NCBI GenBank assembly: GCA_032718475.1
Contig: JAUCBJ010007620.1
Location: 124,001 to 188,000 of the forward strand
Origin: Nemertoderma westbladi
Lineage: Eukaryota; Animalia; Xenacoelomorpha
Direction of reading: 5' to 3'
DNA: 64,000 nucleotides
The translations under genes were made by a program, and so were the position numbers. Shown piece by piece: positions 51,801 through 64,000 of this stretch; position 1 is the stretch's first letter, and the number at the start of each line of letters is the position of its first letter. The notes under the pieces are model-generated. The model saw only the letters and a program-made list of their open reading frames with translations. It had not been told where the DNA came from and searched no databases.

Positions 51801-54800
51801 GTCAGACAACATGCGACTATTTTAAAGATGGAAAAAGTAAGTGAAAACCATTGTCAGACAACATGCGACTATTGTAAAGATTGAAAAAGTAAGTGAAATC
51901 CATTGTCAGACAATGTGCGACTATTGTAAAGATTGAAAAAGTAAGTGAAATCCATTGTCAGACAACATGCGACTATTTTAAAGATGGAAAAAGTAAGTGA
52001 AATCCATTGTCAGACAACATGCGACTATTGTAAAGATGGAAAAAGTAAGTGAAAATCATTGTCAGACAACATGCGACTATTTTAAAGATGGAAAAAGTAA
52101 GTGAAATCCATTGTCAGACAACATGCGACTATTGTAAAGATGGAAAAAGTAAGTGAAAACCATTGTCAGACAACATGCGACTATTGTAAAGATTGAAAAA
52201 GTAAGTGAAATCCATTGTCAGACAACATGCGACTATTGTAAAGATGGAAAAAGTTAGTGAAATCCATTGTCAGACAACATGCGACTATTGTAAAGATGGA
52301 AAAAAGTAAGTGAAATCCATTGTCAGACAACATGCGACTATTGTAAAGATGGAAAAAGTAAGTTAAATCCATTGTCAGACAACATGCGACTATTGTAAAG
52401 ATGGAAAAAGTAAGTGAAAACCATTGTCAGACAACATGCGACTATTATAGAGATGGAAAAAGTAAGTGAAATCCATTGTCAGACAACATGCGACTATTGT
52501 AAAGATGGAAAAAGTAAGTGAAATCCATTGTCAGACAACATGCGACCAATGTAATAATGGAAAAAGTAAGTGAAATCCATTGTCAGACAACGTGCGTCTA
52601 TTGTAAAGATGGAAAAAGTAAGTGAAATCCATTGTCAGACAACATGCGACCAATGTAATAATGGAAAAAGTAAGTGAAATCCATTGTCAGAGAACATGCG
52701 ACTATTGTAAAGATGGAAAAAGTAAGTGAAAACCATTGTCAGACAACATGCGACTATTGTAGAGATGGAAAAAGTAAGTGAAATCCATTGTCAGAGAACA
52801 TGCGACTATTGTACAGATGGAAAAAGTAAGTGAAAACCATTGTCAGACAACATGCGACTATTGTAAAGATGGAAAAAGTAAGTGAAAACCATTGTCAGAC
52901 AATGTGCGACTATTGTAAAGATTGAAAAAGTAAGTGAAATCCATTGTCAGACAACATGCGACTATTTTAAAGATGGAAAAAGTAAGTGAAATCCATTGTC
53001 AGACAACATGCGACTATTGTAAAGATGGAAAAAGTAAGTGAAAATCATTGTCAGACAACATGCGACTATTTTAAAGATGGAAAAAGTAAGTGAAATCCAT
53101 TGTCAGACAACATGCGACTATTGTAAAGATGGAAAAAGTAAGTGAAAACCATTGTCAGACAACATGCGACTATTGTAAAGATTGAAAAAGTAAGTGAAAT
53201 CCATTGTCAGACAACATGCGACTATTGTAAAGATGGAAAAAGTTAGTGAAATCCATTGTCAGACAACATGCGACTATTGTAAAGATGGAAAAAAGTAAGT
53301 GAAAACCATTGTCAGACAACATGCGACTATTGTAGAGATGGAAAAAGTAAGTGAAATCCATTGTCAGAGAACATGCGACTATTGTACAGATGGAAAAAGT
53401 AAGTGAAAACCATTGTCAGACAACATGCGACTATTGTAAAGATTGAAAAAGTAAGTGAAATCCATTGTCAGACAACAAGCGACCATTGTAAAGATGGAAA
53501 AAGTAAGTAAAATCCATTGTCAGACAACATGCGACTATTGTAAAGATGGAAAAAGTAAGTGAAAACCATTGTCAGACAACATGCGACTATTTTAAAGATG
53601 GAAAAAGTAAGTGAAAACCATTGTCAGACAACATGCGACTATTTTAAAGATGGAAAAAGTAAGTGAAATCCATTGTCAGACAACATGCGACTATTGTAAA
53701 GATGGAAAAAGTAAGTGAAAACCATTGTCAGACAACATGCGACTATTGTAAAGATTGAAAAAGTAAGTGAAATCCATTGTCAGACAACATGCGACTATTG
53801 TAAAGATTGAAAAAGTAAGTGAAATCCATTGTCAGACAACATGCGACTATTGTAAAGATGGAAAAAGTAAGTGAAATCCATTGTCAGACAACATGCGACT
53901 ATTGTAAAGATGGAAAAAGTAAGTGAAATCCATTGTCAGACAACATGCGACTAGTATAAAGATTGAAAAAGTAAGTGAAAACCATTGTCAGACAACATGC
54001 GACTATTGTAAAGATGGAAAAAGTAAGTGAAAACCATTGTCAGACAACATGCGACTATAGTAAAGATTGAAAACGTAAGTGAAATCCATTGTCAAAAACA
54101 TGCGACCAATGTAATAATGGAAAAAGTAAGTGAAATCCATTGTCAGACAACGTGCGTCTATTGTAAAGATGGAAAAAGTAAGTGAAATCCATTGTCAGAC
54201 AATATGCGACCAATGTAATAATGGAAAAAGTAAGTGAAATCCATTGTCAGACAACGTGCGTCTATTGTAAAGATGGAAACAGTAAGTGAAATCCATTGTC
54301 AGACAACATGCGACCATTGTAAAGATTGAAAAAGTAAGTGAAATCCATTGTCAGACAACATGCGACCAATGTAATAATGGAAAAAGTAAGTGAAATCCAT
54401 TGTCAGACGACGTGCGTCTATTGTAAAGATGGAAAACGTAAGTGAAATCCATTGTCAGACAACATGCGACCAATGTAATAAGGGAAAAAGTAAGTGAAAT
54501 CCATTGTCAGACAACGTGCGTCTATTGTAAAGATGGAAAAAGTAAGTGAAATCCATTGTCAGACAACATGCGACCAATGTAATAATGGAAAAAGTAAGTG
54601 AAATCCATTGTCAGAGAACATGCGACTATTGTAAAGATGGAAAAAGTAAGTGAAAACCATTGTCAGACAACATGCGACTATTGTAGAGATGGAAAAAGTA
54701 AGTGAAATCCATTGTCAGAGAACATGCGACTATTGTAAAGATGGAAAAAGTAAGTGAAAACCATTGTCAGACAACATGCGACTATTGTAAAGATTGAAAA

Positions 54801-55700
54801 AGTAAGTGAAATCCATTGTCAGACAACAAGCGACCATTGTAAAGATGGAAAAAGTAAGTAAAATCCATTGCCAGACAACATACGACTATTGTAAAGATGG
54901 AAAAAGTAAGTGAAAACCATTGTCAGACAACATGCGACTATTTTAAAGATGGAAAAAGTAAGTGAAAACCATTGTCAGACAACATGCGACTATTTTAAAG
55001 ATGGAAAAAGTAAGTGAAATCCATTGTCAGACAGCATGCGACTATTGTAAAGATGGAATAAGTAAGTGAAAACCATTGTCAGACAACATGCGACTATTGT
55101 AAAGATTGAAAAAGTAAGTGAAATCCATTGTCAGACAACATGCGACTATTGTAAAGATTGAAAAAGTAAGTGAAATCCATTGTCAGACAACATGCGACTA
55201 TTGTAAAGATGGAAAAAGTAAGTGAAATCCATTGTCAGACAATATGCGACTATTGTAAATATGGAAAAAGTAAGTGAAATCCATTGTCAGACAACATGCG
55301 ACTATTGTAAAGATGGAAAAAGTAAGTGAAATCCATTGTCAGACAATATGCGACTATTGTAAATATGGAAAAAGTAAGTGAAATCCATTGTCAGACAACA
55401 TGCGACTATTTTAAAGATTGAAAAAGTAAGTGAAATCCATTGTCAGACAACATGCGACTATTTTAAAGATGGAAAAAGTAAGTGAAAACCATTGTCAGAC
55501 AACATGCGACTATTGTAAAGATTGAAAAAGTAAGTGAAATCCATTGTCAGACAATATGCGACTATTGTAAAGATTGAAAAAGTAAGTGAAATCCATTGTC
55601 AGACAACATGCGACTATTTTAAAGATGGAAAAAGTAAGTGAAATCCATTGTCAGACAACATGCAACTATTGTAAAGATGGAAAAAGTAAGTGAAAATCAT
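48870..55700 (+). repeat. Higher-order repeats with about 1,350-bp and about 3,641-bp offsets
   Basis: Marker TCAAAAACATG at 49101, 50451 and 54092, each accompanied by CTAGTATAAAG, AGACGACGTG and ACAACAAGCG. Confidence 0.8.
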
Positions 55701-55749
55701 TGTCAGACAACATGCGACTATTTTAAAGATGGAAAAAGTAAGTGAAATC

Positions 55750-58700
55750 CATTGTCAGACAACATGCGACTATTGTAAAGATGGAAAAAGTTAGTGAAAT
55801 CCATTGTCAGACAACATGCGACTATAGTAAAGATGGAAAAAAGTAAGTGAAATCCATTGTCAGACAACATGCGACTATTGTAAAGATGGAAAAAGTAAGT
55901 TAAATCCATTGTCAGACAACATGCGACTATTGTAAAGATGGAAAAAGTAAGTGAAAACCATTGTCAGACAACATGCGACTATTATAGAGATGGAAAAAGT
56001 AAGTGAAATCCATTGTCAGACAACATGCGACTATTGTAAAGATGGAAAAAGTAAGTGAAATCCATTGTCAGACAACATGCGACTATTGCAATAATGGAAA
56101 AGGTAAGTGAAATCCATTGTCAGACAACATGCGACTATTGTAAAGATGGAAAAAGTAAGTGAAATCCATTGTCAGACAACATGCGACTGTTGTAAAGATG
56201 GAAAAAGTAAGTGAAAACCATTGTCAGACAACATGCGACTATTATAGAGATGGAAAAAGTAAGTGAAATCCATTGTCAGACAACATGCGACTATTGTAAA
56301 GATTGAAAAAGTAAGTGAAAACCATTGTCAGACAACATGCGACTATTATAGAGATGGAAAAAGTAAGTGAAATCCATTGTCAGACAACATGCGACTATTG
56401 TAAAGATTGAAAAAGTAAGTGAAATCCATTGTCAGACAACATGCGACTATTGTAAAGATGGAAAAAGTAATTGAAATCCATTTCAGACAACATGCGACTA
56501 TTGTAAAGATGGAAAAATTAAGTGAAATCCATTGTCAGACAACATGCGACTATTGCAATAATGGAAAAGGTAAGTGAAATCCATTGTCAGACAACATGCG
56601 ACTATTGCAATAATGGAAAAAGTAAGTGAAATCCATTGTCAGACAACATGCGACTATTGTAAAGATGGAAAAAGTAATTGAAATCCATTTCAGACAACAT
56701 GCGACTATTGTAAAGATGGAAAAATTAAGTGAAATCCATTGTCAGACAACATGCGACTATTGCAATAATGGAAAAGGTAAGTGAAATCCATTGTCAGACA
56801 ACATGCGACTATTGCAATAATGGAAAAGGTAAGTGAAATCCATTGTCAGACAACATGCGACTATTGTAAAGATGGAAAAAGTAAGTGAAATCCATTTCAG
56901 ACAACATGCGACTATTGTAAAGATGGAAAATTAAGTGAAATCCATTGTCAGACAACATGCGACTATTGCAATAATGGAAAAGGTAAGTGAAATCCATTGT
57001 CAGACAACATGCGACTATTGCAATAATGGAAAAGGTAAGTGAAATCCATTGTCAGACAACATGCGACTATTATAGAGATGGAAAAAGTAAGTGAAATCCA
57101 TTGTCAGACAACATGCGACTATTGTAAAGATTGAAAAAGTAAGTGAAATCCATTGTCAGACAACATGCGACTATTGTAAAGATGGAAAAAGTAATTGAAA
57201 TCCATTTCAGACACATGCGACTATTGTAAAGATGGAAAAATTAAGTGAAATCCATTGTCAGACAACATGCGACTATTGCAATAATGGAAAAAGTAAGTGA
57301 AATCCATTGTCAGACAACATGCGACTATTGTAAATATGGAAAAAGTAAGTGAAATCCATTGTCAGACAACATGCGACTATTGTAAAGATGGAAAAAGTAA
57401 GTGAAATCCATTGTCAGACAACATGCGACTATTGTAAAGATGGAAAAAGTAAGTGAAATCCATTGTCAGACAACATGCGACCAATGTAATAATGGAAAAA
57501 GTAAGTGAAATCCATTGTCAGACAACGTGCGTCTATTGTAAAGATGGAAAAAGTAAGTGAAATCCATTGTCAGACAACATGCGACCAATGTAATAATGGA
57601 AAAAGTAAGTGAAATCCATTGTCAGAGAACATGCGACTATTGTAAAGATGGAAAAAGTAAGTGAAAACCATTGTCAGACAACATGCGACTATTGTAGAGA
57701 TGGAAAAAGTAAGTGAAATCCATTGTCAGAGAACATGCGACTATTGTACAGATGGAAAAAGTAAGTGAAATCCATTGTCAGACAACATGCGACTATTGTA
57801 AAGATTGAAAAAGTAAGTGAAATCCATTGTCAGACAACATGCGACTATTGTAAAGATGGAAAAAGTAATTGAAATCCATTTCAGACAACATGCGACTATT
57901 GTAAAGATGGAAAAATTAAGTGAAATCCATTGTCAGACAACATGCGACTATTGCAATAATGGAAAAGGTAAGTGAAATCCATTGTCAGACAACATGCGAC
58001 TATTGCAATAATGGAAAAAGTAAGTGAAATCCATTGTCAGACAACATGCGACTATTGTAAAGATGGAAAAAGTAATTGAAATCCATTTCAGACAACATGC
58101 GACTATTGTAAAGATGGAAAAATTAAGTGAAATCCATTGTCAGACAACATGCGACTATTGCAATAATGGAAAAGGTAAGTGAAATCCATTGTCAGACAAC
58201 ATGCGACTATTGCAATAATGGAAAAGGTAAGTGAAATCCATTGTCAGACAACATGCGACTATTGTAAAGATGGAAAAAGTAAGTGAAATCCATTTCAGAC
58301 AACATGCGACTATTGTAAAGATGGAAAATTAAGTGAAATCCATTGTCAGACAACATGCGACTATTGCAATAATGGAAAAGGTAAGTGAAATCCATTGTCA
58401 GACAACATGCGACTATTGCAATAATGGAAAAGGTAAGTGAAATCCATTGTCAGACAACATGCGACTATTGTTAAGATGGAAAAAGTAAGTGAAATCCATT
58501 GTCAGACAACATGCGACTATTGTAAAGATGGAAAAAGTAATTGAAATCCATTTCAGACAACATGCGACTATTGTAAAGATGGAAAAATTAAGTGAAATCC
58601 ATTGTCAGACAACATGCGACTATTGCAATAATGGAAAAGGTAAGTGAAATCCATTGTCAGACAACATGCGACTATTGTAAAGATGGAAAAAGTTAGTGAA

Positions 58701-61700
58701 ATCCATTGTCAGACAACATGCGACTATAGTAAAGATGGAAAAAAGTAAGTGAAATCCATTGTCAGACAACATGCGACTATTGTAAAGATGGAAAAAGTAA
58801 GTTAAATCCATTGTCAGACAACATGCGACTATTGTAAAGATGGAAAAAGTAAGTGAAAACCATTGTCAGACAACATGCGACTATTATAGAGATGGAAAAA
58901 GTAAGTGAAATCCATTGTCAGACAACATGCGACTATTGTAAAGATGGAAAAAGTAAGTGAAATCCATTGTCAGACAACATGCGACTATTGCAATAATGGA
59001 AAAGGTAAGTGAAATCCATTGTCAGACAACATGCGACTATTGTAAAGATGGAAAAAGTAAGTGAAATCCATTGTCAGACAACATGCGACTGTTGTAAAGA
59101 TGGAAAAAGTAAGTGAAAACCATTGTCAGACAACATGCGACTATTATAGAGATGGAAAAAGTAAGTGAAATCCATTGTCAGACAACATGCGACTATTGTA
59201 AAGATTGAAAAAGTAAGTGAAAACCATTGTCAGACAACATGCGACTATTATAGAGATGGAAAAAGTAAGTGAAATCCATTGTCAGACAACATGCGACTAT
59301 TGTAAAGATTGAAAAAGTAAGTGAAATCCATTGTCAGACAACATGCGACTATTGTAAAGATGGAAAAAGTAATTGAAATCCATTTCAGACAACATGCGAC
59401 TATTGTAAAGATGGAAAAATTAAGTGAAATCCATTGTCAGACAACATGCGACTATTGCAATAATGGAAAAGGTAAGTGAAATCCATTGTCAGACAACATG
59501 CGACTATTGCAATAATGGAAAAAGTAAGTGAAATCCATTGTCAGACAACATGCGACTATTGTAAAGATGGAAAAAGTAATTGAAATCCATTTCAGACAAC
59601 ATGCGACTATTGTAAAGATGGAAAAATTAAGTGAAATCCATTGTCAGACAACATGCGACTATTGCAATAATGGAAAAGGTAAGTGAAATCCATTGTCAGA
59701 CAACATGCGACTATTGCAATAATGGAAAAGGTAAGTGAAATCCATTGTCAGACAACATGCGACTATTGTAAAGATGGAAAAAGTAAGTGAAATCCATTTC
59801 AGACAACATGCGACTATTGTAAAGATGGAAAATTAAGTGAAATCCATTGTCAGACAACATGCGACTATTGCAATAATGGAAAAGGTAAGTGAAATCCATT
59901 GTCAGACAACATGCGACTATTGCAATAATGGAAAAGGTAAGTGAAATCCATTGTCAGACAACATGCGACTATTATAGAGATGGAAAAAGTAAGTGAAATC
60001 CATTGTCAGACAACATGCGACTATTGTAAAGATTGAAAAAGTAAGTGAAATCCATTGTCAGACAACATGCGACTATTGTAAAGATGGAAAAAGTAATTGA
60101 AATCCATTTCAGACACATGCGACTATTGTAAAGATGGAAAAATTAAGTGAAATCCATTGTCAGACAACATGCGACTATTGCAATAATGGAAAAAGTAAGT
60201 GAAATCCATTGTCAGACAACATGCGACTATTGTAAATATGGAAAAAGTAAGTGAAATCCATTGTCAGACAACATGCGACTATTGTAAAGATGGAAAAAGT
60301 AAGTGAAATCCATTGTCAGACAACATGCGACTATTGTAAAGATGGAAAAAGTAAGTGAAATCCATTGTCAGACAACATGCGACCAATGTAATAATGGAAA
60401 AAGTAAGTGAAATCCATTGTCAGACAACGTGCGTCTATTGTAAAGATGGAAAAAGTAAGTGAAATCCATTGTCAGACAACATGCGACCAATGTAATAATG
60501 GAAAAAGTAAGTGAAATCCATTGTCAGAGAACATGCGACTATTGTAAAGATGGAAAAAGTAAGTGAAAACCATTGTCAGACAACATGCGACTATTGTAGA
60601 GATGGAAAAAGTAAGTGAAATCCATTGTCAGAGAACATGCGACTATTGTACAGATGGAAAAAGTAAGTGAAATCCATTGTCAGACAACATGCGACTATTG
60701 TAAAGATTGAAAAAGTAAGTGAAATCCATTGTCAGACAACATGCGACTATTGTAAAGATGGAAAAAGTAATTGAAATCCATTTCAGACAACATGCGACTA
60801 TTGTAAAGATGGAAAAATTAAGTGAAATCCATTGTCAGGCAACATGCGACTATTGCAATAATGGAAAAGGTAAGTGAAATCCATTGTCAGACAACATGCG
60901 ACTATTGCAATAATGGAAAAAGTAAGTGAAATCCATTGTCAGACAACATGCGACTATTGTAAAGATGGAAAAAGTAATTGAAATCCATTTCAGACAACAT
61001 GCGACTATTGTAAAGATGGAAAAATTAAGTGAAATCCATTGTCAGACAACATGCGACTATTGCAATAATGGAAAAGGTAAGTGAAATCCATTGTCAGACA
61101 ACATGCGACTATTGCAATAATGGAAAAGGTAAGTGAAATCCATTGTCAGACAACATGCGACTATTGTAAAGATGGAAAAAGTAAGTGAAATCCATTTCAG
61201 ACAACATGCGACTATTGTAAAGATGGAAAATTAAGTGAAATCCATTGTCAGACAACATGCGACTATTGCAATAATGGAAAAGGTAAGTGAAATCCATTGT
61301 CAGACAACATGCGACTATTGCAATAATGGAAAAGGTAAGTGAAATCCATTGTCAGACAACATGCGACTATTGTTAAGATGGAAAAAGTAAGTGAAATCCA
61401 TTGTCAGACAACATGCGACTATTGTAAAGATGGAAAAAGTAATTGAAATCCATTTAAGACAACATGCGACTATTGTAAAGATGGAAAAATTAAGTGAAAT
61501 CCATTGTCAGACAACATGCGACTATTGCAATAATGGAAAAGGTAAGTGAAATCCATTGTCAGACAACATGCGACTATTGCAATAATGGAAAAGGTAAGTG
61601 AAATCCATTGTCAGACAACATGCGACTATTGTAAAGATGGAAAAAGTAAGTGAAATCCATTTCAGACAACATGCGACTATTGTAAAGATGGAAAATTAAG

Positions 61701-64000
61701 TGAAATCCATTGTCAGACAACATGCGACTATTGCAATAATGGAAAAGGTAAGTGAAATCCATTGTCAGACAACATGCGACTATTGCAATAATGGAAAAGG
61801 TAAGTGAAATCCATTGTCAGACAACATGCGACTATTATAGAGATGGAAAAAGTAAGTGAAATCCATTGTCAGACAACATGCGACTATTGTAAAGATTGAA
61901 AAAGTAAGTGAAATCCATTGTCAGACAACATGCGACTATTGTAAAGATGGAAAAAGTAATTGAAATCCATTTCAGACACATGCGACTATTGTAAAGATGG
62001 AAAAATTAAGTGAAATCCATTGTCAGACAACATGCGACTATTGCAATAATGGAAAAAGTAAGTGAAATCCATTGTCAGACAACATGCGACTATTGTAAAT
62101 ATGGAAAAAGTAAGTGAAATCCATTGTCAGACAACATGCGACTATTGTAAAGATGGAAAAAGTAAGTGAAATCCATTGTCAGACAACATGCGACTATTGT
62201 AAAGATGGAAAAAGTAAGTGAAATCCATTGTCAGACAACATGCGACCAATGTAATAATGGAAAAAGTAAGTGAAATCCATTGTCAGACAACGTGCGTCTA
62301 TTGTAAAGATGGAAAAAGTAAGTGAAATCCATTGTCAGACAACATGCGACCAATGTAATAATGGAAAAAGTAAGTGAAATCCATTGTCAGAGAACATGCG
62401 ACTATTGTAAAGATGGAAAAAGTAAGTGAAAACCATTGTCAGACAACATGCGACTATTGTAGAGATGGAAAAAGTAAGTGAAATCCATTGTCAGAGAACA
62501 TGCGACTATTGTACAGATGGAAAAAGTAAGTGAAATCCATTGTCAGACAACATGCGACTATTGTAAAGATTGAAAAAGTAAGTGAAATCCATTGTCAGAC
62601 AACATGCGACTATTGTAAAGATGGAAAAAGTAATTGAAATCCATTTCAGACAACATGCGACTATTGTAAAGATGGAAAAATTAAGTGAAATCCATTGTCA
62701 GACAACATGCGACTATTGCAATAATGGAAAAGGTAAGTGAAATCCATTGTCAGACAACATGCGACTATTGCAATAATGGAAAAAGTAAGTGAAATCCATT
62801 GTCAGACAACATGCGACTATTGTAAAGATGGAAAAAGTAATTGAAATCCATTTCAGACAACATGCGACTATTGTAAAGATGGAAAAATTAAGTGAAATCC
62901 ATTGTCAGACAACATGCGACTATTGCAATAATGGAAAAGGTAAGTGAAATCCATTGTCAGACAACATGCGACTATTGCAATAATGGAAAAGGTAAGTGAA
63001 ATCCATTGTCAGACAACATGCGACTATTGTAAAGATGGAAAAAGTAAGTGAAATCCATTTCAGACAACATGCGACTATTGTAAAGATGGAAAATTAAGTG
63101 AAATCCATTGTCAGACAACATGCGACTATTGCAATAATGGAAAAGGTAAGTGAAATCCATTGTCAGACAACATGCGACTATTGCAATAATGGAAAAGGTA
63201 AGTGAAATCCATTGTCAGACAACATGCGACTATTATAGAGATGGAAAAAGTAAGTGAAATCCATTGTCAGACAACATGCGACTATTGTAAAGATTGAAAA
63301 AGTAAGTGAAATCCATTGTCAGACAACATGCGACTATTGTAAAGATGGAAAAAGTAATTGAAATCCATTTCAGACACATGCGACTATTGTAAAGATGGAA
63401 AAATTAAGTGAAATCCATTGTCAGACAACATGCGACTATTGCAATAATGGAAAAAGTAAGTGAAATCCATTGTCAGACAACATGCGACTATTGTAAATAT
63501 GGAAAAAGTAAGTGAAATCCATTGTCAGACAACATGCGACTATTGTAAAGATGGAAAAAGTAAGTGAAATCCATTGTCAGACAACATGCGACTATTGTAA
63601 AGATGGAAAAAGTAAGTGAAATCCATTGTCAGACAACATGCGACCAATGTAATAATGGAAAAAGTAAGTGAAATCCATTGTCAGACAACGTGCGTCTATT
63701 GTAAAGATGGAAAAAGTAAGTGAAATCCATTGTCAGACAACATGCGACCAATGTAATAATGGAAAAAGTAAGTGAAATCCATTGTCAGAGAACATGCGAC
63801 TATTGTAAAGATGGAAAAAGTAAGTGAAAACCATTGTCAGACAACATGCGACTATTGTAGAGATGGAAAAAGTAAGTGAAATCCATTGTCAGAGAACATG
63901 CGACTATTGTACAGATGGAAAAAGTAAGTGAAATCCATTGTCAGACAACATGCGACTATTGTAAAGATTGAAAAAGTAAGTGAAATCCATTGTCAGACAA
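55750..64000 (+). repeat. Higher-order repeats, 1,398-bp (27-monomer) unit nested in a 2,902-bp duplication
   Basis: ORF-track copies at 56809, 58207, 59711, 61109, 61574 and 62972 (offsets 1,398 and 2,902); markers GTAATTGAAATCCATTTCAG, AGACACATG and TGTACAGATG. Confidence 0.85.

Larger units (their letters stand above)
39232..64000 (+). repeat. 52-bp tandem satellite array, right arm (about 475 monomers, same orientation, continues beyond window end)
   Basis: The same monomer resumes at 39232 (ATTGTCAGACAACATGCGACTATTGCAATAATGG...) in register with the monomer interrupted at 35413. Confidence 0.99.

Noticed and set aside
774-63160. About 35 short ORFs (62-96 aa, MDFTYFFHLYNSRMLSDNGFHLL... 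and MKSIVRQHAT...) inside the satellite
   Set aside because: They are translations of the 52-bp repeat cycling through frames and appear only where an indel removes the periodic stop. They are useful only as duplication markers.

Overview
This window is almost entirely a head-to-tail, single-orientation array of a 52-bp AT-rich satellite (consensus ACAACATGCGACTATTGTAAAGATGGAAAAAGTAAGTGAAATCCATTGTCAG, about 35% GC, roughly 1,150 monomers). It looks like eukaryotic heterochromatin and may be (peri)centromeric. Diagnostic variants show nested higher-order duplications: a 104-bp dimer, units of about 0.6-6.3 kb, and an approximately 22-kb macro-duplication. The only non-satellite DNA is one compact 3,818-bp non-LTR retrotransposon (LINE) at 35414-39231 on the + strand, flanked by a perfect 16-bp target-site duplication (ATTGTCAGACAACATG). 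It carries ORF1 (259 aa, RRM-like C-terminus) and ORF2 (APE endonuclease, reverse transcriptase, Cys/His-rich tail). Unusual points are: ORF2 continues in the same frame directly after the ORF1 TGA with no ATG for 187 codons (candidate stop-codon readthrough); the endonuclease has RKH in place of the SDH motif; there is a single +1 frameshift in an A5 run; there is no poly(A) tail; and uninterrupted paralogous 'empty sites' lie within the same window. All short ORFs called in the satellite are artefacts of the repeat.
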